Origin: a virus
Direction: 5' to 3' (one strand)
IMG/VR virus record: IMGVR_UViG_3300034121_001395
Length of the DNA stretch: 64,000 nucleotides
Below are positions 57,485-64,000 of the stretch, in pieces. Position 1 is the stretch's first letter. The number at the start of each line of letters is the position of its first letter. The notes below the pieces were generated by a model, which worked only from the letters and a program-made list of their open reading frames with translations, made no database searches and was not told where the DNA came from. The position numbers and the translations under genes were made by a program.

Positions 57485-57619
57485 ATGAGTAGTTCAGCAA
57501 AGAGCAAAGGCGGTGTCAAGACCGTTCAATGGTGGAAGCATCTACGCAAGTACTGGGGACGAGTACAGAATAAGCGTGTGCGTAAAGATGGTAAGAAGGA
57601 AATACAGAAGGAACTCTAA
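57485..57619 (+). CDS. small basic protein
   Basis: MSSSAKSKGGVKTVQWWKHLRKYWGRVQNKRVRKDGKKEIQKEL. Confidence 0.6.
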   Translation: MSSSAKSKGGVKTVQWWKHLRKYWGRVQNKRVRKDGKKEIQKEL

Positions 57620-57630
57620 TATAATAAGGT

Positions 57631-57837
57631 ATGCAAGAAGATATTAAAGTAGAAGACTTACTAGTTGCTGCTGATCAAATCTTTCAGGTAACAGACATCT
57701 TAGATGATGTAGGTACACGAGTATACACCTGTCATACATGGGAACCAACCATAGGATTTGTATATAACAGTGACTATGATATGTTTACCGATAGTGACAT
57801 TGAGGATTGCGGACTTGAAGTTTACAGATTGAAATAA
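57631..57837 (+). CDS. hypothetical protein
   Basis: packed ORF. Confidence 0.55.
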   Translation: MQEDIKVEDLLVAADQIFQVTDILDDVGTRVYTCHTWEPTIGFVYNSDYDMFTDSDIEDCGLEVYRLK

Positions 57838-57848
57838 GAAACTCAAAT

Positions 57849-58085
57849 ATGATTAGTGTACTAGCAAATCTTTTAAGAGAATGGGACGGCTCTTATAAGC
57901 CAGAAAAAATTTGTATCTATAAAGAAGGCAAAGAGATGGTTTTTGATGCAGAAGAATGGAGTCACCTATGTGATGTGTTAGCAGGAAAATACAACAAAGC
58001 GGCATCATCAATCCCAGAAGGTTGTTATACACCTGACTCTATATCGGTATGGAGTAAAGAATGGGTTGGAGGACAACTAACGTAA
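57849..58085 (+). CDS. hypothetical protein
   Basis: packed ORF. Confidence 0.55.
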   Translation: MISVLANLLREWDGSYKPEKICIYKEGKEMVFDAEEWSHLCDVLAGKYNKAASSIPEGCYTPDSISVWSKEWVGGQLT

Positions 58086-58139
58086 AATTACTATAAAAAA
58101 TCTATAAATGACTATAGAACCACAATAAATACAAAATAT

Positions 58140-58454
58140 ATGATGACAACACTAACTACAATATTAGCATATACCCTTAGTCTTGGCGCGATTTGCAGCC
58201 TGTTTTACGTTGCATGCCGACTCTTCTCTGAATATATTGCGATGCGTAAACTGAAGCCGCTTAAAATGCCAACGCCAGTAGAAGTGCCATTTGTAAAAAA
58301 ACAAACTGCACCAAAAAAGAAAGCGGTATATAAAAATCCTGCAAAAAAACAGCCAACTATAAAGCAAGCTGCTGCAGATGCTGCTAAAAAAGCAGTGACA
58401 AAAAAACAACCGGCGAAGAAAAAGACCGCTATTCGTAAAAAGCCACAAGCATAA
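58140..58454 (+). CDS. membrane-anchored Lys/Ala/Pro-rich protein
   Basis: transmembrane helix then PAKK repeats. Confidence 0.6.
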   Translation: MMTTLTTILAYTLSLGAICSLFYVACRLFSEYIAMRKLKPLKMPTPVEVPFVKKQTAPKKKAVYKNPAKKQPTIKQAAADAAKKAVTKKQPAKKKTAIRKKPQA

Positions 58455-58463
58455 TCTCTAGCT

Positions 58464-58718
58464 ATGTCAGACGAAGTATTTGATTTTGGGTTTACTGCTG
58501 TTGCAGAAGACGAACTAGAGGTAGTTCGTGCAGCAAATGCAAAGGAAGATGAAGTGATTGAACTTCAGACTCGTCTAGATTCGCTCTATAAATCTATCTT
58601 GCCTCTTGTCTCAAATCTAAAGAAAAACCCAGAAAAGGACTATATCTACTGGCCAAATCGGTTAGACAAGGTAAAAGCTTTTGAGGGTATCATCTCTAAA
58701 ATATACAATGGGGCATGA
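58464..58718 (+). CDS. conserved T4-like hypothetical protein
   Basis: FDFGFTAV...NLKKNPEKDYIYWPNR. Confidence 0.75.
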   Translation: MSDEVFDFGFTAVAEDELEVVRAANAKEDEVIELQTRLDSLYKSILPLVSNLKKNPEKDYIYWPNRLDKVKAFEGIISKIYNGA

Positions 58719-58915
58719 AAAAACCTGCTTTGGGTGATGCTATAGTTGTGCTCATGAAATGGTCTGATGGCTCGACTGCATGTTTTTTTCAAAGCGATAA
58801 GTCAGCAATCAAACAATACATAAAACAAAAGACGCTTAAAAACTCTGGCACAAAGCTAGAATATAGCATAACAAAATGCTTAAAGAGTGACTATGATAAG
58901 CTAAATGGGTTCTAA
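58715..58915 (+). CDS. hypothetical protein
   Basis: coupled ORF. Confidence 0.5.
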   Translation: MKKPALGDAIVVLMKWSDGSTACFFQSDKSAIKQYIKQKTLKNSGTKLEYSITKCLKSDYDKLNGF

Positions 58916-58939
58916 ACCATTTAGAGACATACATAAACT

Positions 58940-58973
58940 AAAAAAGGCATATCGTTTTGATATGCCTTTTTTT
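58940..58973 (+). terminator. bidirectional terminator abutting a late promoter
   Basis: AAAAAAGGCATATC/GATATGCCTTTTTT then TATAAATA. Confidence 0.8.
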
Positions 58974-59029
58974 ATAAATAAAACTAGTGAAGACTCTATA
59001 GTATGTTTAGAAATTAACAAAATAAAGAT

Positions 59030-59218
59030 ATGGAACTACTCGTAAACTTCGTACAGACACAAAGTTGGTTTGGTATATTTACTGCAGTCGTCACTCTTGC
59101 AAGTGCAATCGCAGCTGCTACCCCAACCCCAACTCCTGGAACAGCCATTGCAAAGCTCTATGCAGTCATTGACTTTCTTGCATTAAACTTTGGCAAGGCT
59201 AAAGATAAAGGTGAATAA
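59030..59218 (+). CDS. putative holin
   Basis: small hydrophobic protein ASAIAAATPTP...IDFLALN.GKAK heading the lysis cassette. Confidence 0.6.
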   Translation: MELLVNFVQTQSWFGIFTAVVTLASAIAAATPTPTPGTAIAKLYAVIDFLALNFGKAKDKGE

Positions 59219-59418
59219 TGCAAGCTCTCTTAGTTGCCATTGCTGCTGCGTGCAATGCCTATGCATCATGGGTGGCATGGCAACGAGAGACTGAAATAGA
59301 TCGTATAGAAGATGAAATTGATAAGCTTGCTGCCACTGGTGATCCTGCTGCAAAGTTGCGGATTGAACGACTCGCAACGAGAAAAAAACGAAAGCTTGAA
59401 CGCCTCGGCGCTCTATGA
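59218..59418 (+). CDS. putative i-spanin-like protein
   Basis: hydrophobic N-terminus then charged helix. Confidence 0.45.
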   Translation: MQALLVAIAAACNAYASWVAWQRETEIDRIEDEIDKLAATGDPAAKLRIERLATRKKRKLERLGAL

Positions 59419-59551
59419 TCCGGTGACAGTTACCCTCATCGAAGGAAAACAATACACCTTTGCTGAAGGAACACTCGTTGGGCGTGGTCAAAAATTTCAT
59501 AGCGACTATAGCTATCGCAGAGCAATAATTATAGGAAATTCTAATAAATAA
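59312..59551 (+). CDS. putative o-spanin-like lipoprotein (overlapping frame)
   Basis: MKLISLLPLVILLQSC lipobox. Confidence 0.55.
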   Translation: MKLISLLPLVILLQSCGLNDSQREKNESLNASALYDPVTVTLIEGKQYTFAEGTLVGRGQKFHSDYSYRRAIIIGNSNK

Positions 59552-59556
59552 AAGTT

Positions 59557-60321
59557 ATGTCATACGCAAACGTTGGTAAAGTTTGGACAGTAGAGTCATT
59601 TAAAGAATATCTAAGCACGCTTAAAAAGCCTGCATATGTAAAGAGCGTTACTATACACCACACAGGTGCACCTTCATTGGCGCAGCGCAAGAGTGGTCTG
59701 CTCGCTCAACATATCTTAAACATAAAGGCATATTACCAATCACTCGGTTGGAATCGTGGACCGCATCTTTTTGTTGACGAGGATCAAATCTTTGGCATGA
59801 CCCCACTGAATGTTCCTGGCATACATGCAGTTTCATTTAATCGTAACTCTATAGGCATCGAAATACTTGGAGACTATGACAGTGAAGATCCGCTAACTGG
59901 TCGTGGATTAGCATGCATGAAAAATACAGCTGCAATTACAAAGGCGCTTTTCAATTGGTTAGACATGCCAGTTAATGAAAATACATTAAAGTTTCATCGC
60001 GATGACCCAAAGACAAGTAAAACCTGTCCTGGTAAAAAGGTTAAAAAGGATTGGTTCATCTCACTTGTACAAGGTAGTGAAGTTAAAACAGTTACTCCTG
60101 CTCCAATATTTGCTATAGCTGGAACAGAAGTACCACTCATTGACTATGTGGTGCAGCACAAAGGCTATGATGCTACAGCAGCAACAAAGTTATTAAAGGT
60201 TAAAAATGGAATGACAACCTTTAATGGAACATGGATCGAAAGCGCACGTTATGACTCACAGCGCGCAACCACACTTGCACTCAACAGCGAATTAGACGCA
60301 GACGTGCCTAAAAAATCTTAA
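59557..60321 (+). CDS. N-acetylmuramoyl-L-alanine amidase (endolysin)
   Basis: TIHHT, HLFV, HA..FN..SIGIE, FHRD, KTCPG. Confidence 0.88.
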   Translation: MSYANVGKVWTVESFKEYLSTLKKPAYVKSVTIHHTGAPSLAQRKSGLLAQHILNIKAYYQSLGWNRGPHLFVDEDQIFGMTPLNVPGIHAVSFNRNSIGIEILGDYDSEDPLTGRGLACMKNTAAITKALFNWLDMPVNENTLKFHRDDPKTSKTCPGKKVKKDWFISLVQGSEVKTVTPAPIFAIAGTEVPLIDYVVQHKGYDATAATKLLKVKNGMTTFNGTWIESARYDSQRATTLALNSELDADVPKKS

Positions 60322-60383
60322 TTTTAATGGAGTGATGTATTATATTATGGTAACACCAACAATAACAACACACAAATAAAATT

Positions 60384-61145
60384 ATGGCCACTGCCAAACG
60401 AGAAAAAAAGAAAAAAGCTACTGCTTCAAAACCTGATCTTTTCGCCGAGGACTCAACTAACATTGAGTCCTCGATTGCTTTAAATTTCTGCTTTAATTTT
60501 AAAGTCAAAAAGCCGTTTCACTTTAATGAGGCGCACAAGGCATTTTATGACTGTATAAAGGCAGACGATACAAACATGGCATTTGTTGACGGTCCTGCAG
60601 GAAGCGCTAAAAGTTATATTGCTGTACTTGCTGCCTTGGAACTCTTTAAGGACAAAAAGATTAAGCATATAAACTATATACGCAGCGTAATTGAAAGCGC
60701 GTCTCGTAGCATTGGTGCATTGCCTGGTGAGGTTGACGATAAGTTTTTGCCATATGCAATGCCATGTCTAGAAAAAATACGCGAGATTACAGATGAGAGT
60801 ACCTGTCTGCAACTTCGCAACGCAAATGTGGTGAGTGCCACTCCAGTAAATTTTGTACGTGGTCTTACATTCAATGATAGTGTTGTGATTGTCGACGAGG
60901 CACAAAACCTAACACGTTCAGAGCTTGTAACGATACTTACTCGGTTCGGTAAAAATACAAAATATGTAATCTGCGGAGATCTTAAGCAGTCAGATATTGG
61001 AAAACTTTCGGGCTATCCAGATGTCTATTCTCGATTTAACAATACATCTGCTGTAGAAAATAACATACACACCTTTAAGTTTGGAGAAAGCGAGATTGTA
61101 CGCAGCAAGATATTACGATATATTGTACAGGTGCTTGAAGCATAA
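60384..61145 (+). CDS. phoH: PhoH-family ATPase
   Basis: GPAGSAKS, GALPG, RGLTF, DEAQN, GDLKQSD. Confidence 0.92.
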   Translation: MATAKREKKKKATASKPDLFAEDSTNIESSIALNFCFNFKVKKPFHFNEAHKAFYDCIKADDTNMAFVDGPAGSAKSYIAVLAALELFKDKKIKHINYIRSVIESASRSIGALPGEVDDKFLPYAMPCLEKIREITDESTCLQLRNANVVSATPVNFVRGLTFNDSVVIVDEAQNLTRSELVTILTRFGKNTKYVICGDLKQSDIGKLSGYPDVYSRFNNTSAVENNIHTFKFGESEIVRSKILRYIVQVLEA

Positions 61146-61344
61146 AAAAATAAACTTTTTTCACTTTTTTGAGGGTTTTCTATAGTTTTCTATATAGATA
61201 AATCTATGGTACATAGAAAACCCCAAAAAAGACAAGTATAAATAAAGACTTATCCAAACTATGCCCGAAGGTTCCGGAACGGATAAATAGTGTTGAGTTA
61301 ATGCCAGATTAGACATTTTTTCCTATTTTGTCGAGAATTTTATG

Positions 61345-61409
61345 CACTTTTGTGAAAAAGGTTGTGTACAAATCGTGAGTTTTGTGGTATAATAGTCATG
61401 TAAGCAACA
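61345..61409 (+). promoter_or_regulatory. early promoter cassette, copy 6 (diverged)
   Basis: GAAAAAGGTTGTGTAC...TATAATAGTCATGTAAGCAAC. Confidence 0.75.
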
Positions 61410-61411
61410 AT

Positions 61412-61621
61412 ATGACACACCTCGAAACACTAAAGACTGACCTTGAAATTCACCTCAAAAGTCGTGAAGCCCTGGTAGACGGTTCTGGCGGGTTTTTTAT
61501 TAAACGAGCCGGTTATAATGTCGGTGCCGTTATTCATAGCTATGACGGCATCATACGGTCCTTGGAGGAAGAGATTGCTAGCATTGAGGCTAAAAAACGT
61601 AATAAGAAAACACCCGTATGA
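61412..61621 (+). CDS. early hypothetical protein
   Basis: first ORF after promoter. Confidence 0.6.
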   Translation: MTHLETLKTDLEIHLKSREALVDGSGGFFIKRAGYNVGAVIHSYDGIIRSLEEEIASIEAKKRNKKTPV

Positions 61622-61767
61622 AAACACTACTAGAACGTATAGAAAATATGTCGAACCGCAATCATCGTAAATTGCTCTATATTGGTGCATTATTTGCACT
61701 CATTGGAGGCTCCCCTATTTTTGCCGCAATGCTGTGCTTGGTTGCATTTACACTTGAAGACTAATCT

Positions 61768-61962
61768 ATGAAAAATACACTACAGAAACTAATCGCTCAG
61801 TTCAACTCTGATATTGCCTCTAATCTACAGAATATTGCTGAGATTTTGCCCGATGCCCGCTATGCTGAAGCACTTGACCTTCAAACTGAAAACCTCACGC
61901 TCGAGAGAGTGGTTGATGTTTTAGAAAATGAGTTGAAGGAATTGAATAGTGCTCAGTCTTAA
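61768..61962 (+). CDS. hypothetical protein
   Basis: packed ORF. Confidence 0.55.
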   Translation: MKNTLQKLIAQFNSDIASNLQNIAEILPDARYAEALDLQTENLTLERVVDVLENELKELNSAQS

Positions 61963-61967
61963 GTTGC

Positions 61968-62216
61968 ATGAAAGTTATATCTAAGCCGCTGGCGTTTGCA
62001 TTCATAGTTGCTTTTTTTGCAATTGTAGCATTTGGAATATATCTACAAGTGCTGTGGGCGGATTGGACAATTACTAAAATTTTTAATAAAGATTTTCATA
62101 ATCTAAAAATTTTTGCAGCATTATGCATAGTCGAAATGTTGTCGCCTAAAGCTTTACAGGGCATTACTATGATCATTTTAATTCTTATGACACTGTATAT
62201 CTTTTTGACTGCATGA
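61968..62216 (+). CDS. membrane protein
   Basis: two to three transmembrane segments. Confidence 0.6.
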   Translation: MKVISKPLAFAFIVAFFAIVAFGIYLQVLWADWTITKIFNKDFHNLKIFAALCIVEMLSPKALQGITMIILILMTLYIFLTA

Positions 62217-62375
62217 ATGACAAATCAAATTTTATTGCTCACCTTCGCGGTCATGATGTCTATTATGTCAATGGCTGTTTTACATTGGATCCACTTCCAG
62301 ATTTGGTGACACTACAAACTATAGTTTCTTACTTGATTGATGAAGGGTTTGTAAATGTTGATGAAAGCCTTTAAT

Positions 62376-62639
62376 ATGAAACGTTTAATAACTGCACTGC
62401 TATCAATTTGTTTAACGAGTTGTGTTGTCGAATATACTCCAACCGGCTATTCATCGGTTGGTTACTATAGATATTCTGGTTCATACTCATCATCTACATA
62501 TCGACCATACAATTGTTATCGCTCATATCGTAGGCCAACAATTACCCCGGTTGCACATGGGTTTGATCCTGATCCTCAATATGTAAACGGTTATGTGTTT
62601 AGAGGTGGTGATGGTATGCCATACGCGGCTGAATTTTAA
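62376..62639 (+). CDS. lipoprotein, Tyr/Ser rich
   Basis: MKRLITALLSICLTSC lipobox. Confidence 0.6.
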   Translation: MKRLITALLSICLTSCVVEYTPTGYSSVGYYRYSGSYSSSTYRPYNCYRSYRRPTITPVAHGFDPDPQYVNGYVFRGGDGMPYAAEF

Positions 62640-62644
62640 AAAAT

Positions 62645-63178
62645 ATGTTAACGCTAGATGAACTTAAAAAACTTTGTGAAGACTCATGTACTTTAGAATA
62701 TTGTCTTCCAGTACTTGACTCTCCTACTTTTTTAGCATGTCCTTTAAATTTAGAACCAGACTCTCCATACTCATATGTTGGAGGCCTATGTAATCACACA
62801 CATGAGATTATAAGTTCTGGAATATTGTTATGCTCACTGTACAAAAACTATAATGACGCACCTATAAACACTCGAGAGTATATTATTAGCGCAATATGGT
62901 GTAACTATGGAAAATTATGGGAATATGTCTGCACAGATGCTAACTCGCAAACATGGTCATATGCCACACAAAATCCTAAAATAGAAACCGCATACAGGTC
63001 AGCCTCTCAGTTTGAAATTCACACGTCTACTTTGAATACAACTGATGACATTTCTGTCGCAAATGTAGTGCATAATATACTTTCAACATTGACATATCGA
63101 CCATCTACTCCAGAGGCTCACCTCTTGCTATCAAATATAAAATTAGCACACGCACTGCATAACTATAAACAACTATGA
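62645..63178 (+). CDS. degenerate HD-domain-like protein
   Basis: GGLCNHT...AIWCNYGK (HDxGK position altered)...P.TPEA. Confidence 0.45.
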   Translation: MLTLDELKKLCEDSCTLEYCLPVLDSPTFLACPLNLEPDSPYSYVGGLCNHTHEIISSGILLCSLYKNYNDAPINTREYIISAIWCNYGKLWEYVCTDANSQTWSYATQNPKIETAYRSASQFEIHTSTLNTTDDISVANVVHNILSTLTYRPSTPEAHLLLSNIKLAHALHNYKQL

Positions 63179-63777
63179 GCACACAATATACGGGATACAA
63201 ACACTTTTTTCTTGACGTAGAGACGACTGGTCTTGATCGTGACCGTAATGAAATATTTCAAATTAGTGGAATAATCACTGATGCAAATCTTAACGTTCTT
63301 GAAGAGTGTGATTTGAGATTTCGTCCACTGTCTCTTGAATGCGTTCAGGAGGAGGCTCTTGGCAAGACTGGAATGACTCTCCAAAGTTTGAGTGATTTAC
63401 CTCTTTCTGCTCGAGAGGCATATTCACAACTAATTGAAATGTTAGGACGTCATTGTGATAAGTTTGATAAAAAGGACAAACTTCATTTTGTTGCATATAA
63501 CGCAGCTTTTGATGTTGATTTTATTCGCAGGTTTTTTGAGAAAAACGGAGATCAGTTTTTTGGCAGTTGGTTTTGGAACCCACCAATTTGTGTGATGCAA
63601 GCTGCTGCATGGATGACTATGAGAGTGCGAGGTGCCCTCCCAAATTTCAAACTTGGAACCCTATGTCAATGCGCTGAATTAGGATGGGATGAGTCTGCCG
63701 CGCATGATGCTGCCTATGATATTTGTCAAACCCTAGAGCTTTTTCGGTATTTACGTAAAGATATCCCTCAATTGTGA
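63175..63777 (+). CDS. DEDDh 3'-5' exonuclease (DnaQ-like)
   Basis: DVETTG, AYNAAFD, HDAAYD. Confidence 0.88.
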   Translation: MSTQYTGYKHFFLDVETTGLDRDRNEIFQISGIITDANLNVLEECDLRFRPLSLECVQEEALGKTGMTLQSLSDLPLSAREAYSQLIEMLGRHCDKFDKKDKLHFVAYNAAFDVDFIRRFFEKNGDQFFGSWFWNPPICVMQAAAWMTMRVRGALPNFKLGTLCQCAELGWDESAAHDAAYDICQTLELFRYLRKDIPQL

Positions 63778-63802
63778 GTTTTTTAGGCCTCCAGAAGGCC
63801 AT

Positions 63803-63903
63803 TTTCTCTATACGGGGACACTGTCCGGGGCCTTTTTTCACTTTTATGAAAAAAGTTGTGTACTTTTGTCGCGGTTTATGCTATAATAACCATGTAAGCA
63901 ACA
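63803..63903 (+). promoter_or_regulatory. early promoter cassette, copy 7
   Basis: same ~100-bp element. Confidence 0.85.
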
Positions 63904-64000
63904 ATATGACCGCCACCTACTACGCATCAGAAGTCAGTCCCGAAGAATACTCAGCAACATTGGCAGAAGCTGCAGAACTTGCCCTTGCCAATTATGAAGC

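Overview
A 64-kb segment of a large lytic T4-like (Tevenvirinae-related) myovirus genome, almost entirely + strand and translated with the standard code. Core genes: dCMP hydroxymethylase (gp42-like), uvsX, gp40, gp41 helicase, nrdB/nrdA, RNase H, phoH. Transcription uses T4-type late promoters (TATAAATA) and about 7 near-identical early promoter cassettes. Auxiliary genes include guaC, uvsE, a ClpP-like protease, an outer-membrane beta-barrel, a glycosyl/methyltransferase cassette and a holin-spanin-amidase lysis cassette. The main feature is a ~10-kb RNA-gene island (33.2-42.9 kb) with about 22 intact tRNAs, a group I intron in tRNA-Ile2(CAU), two HNH endonucleases that each follow a broken tRNA and overlap the next one, and at least 10 unassigned structured RNAs. 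One of these (39387-39579) reproduces the 23S rRNA L11-binding / GTPase-associated centre, including a coordinated three-base change of its base triple. A tmRNA lies at 51 kb. Two sets of late proteins carry shared N-terminal leaders and gp21-type cleavage sites, including a 698-aa apparent polyprotein. Weak Shine-Dalgarno use, sigma70-type promoters and the porin style suggest a Gram-negative host, possibly Verrucomicrobiota (inference). All calls are from motif recognition by eye; no database searches were run.
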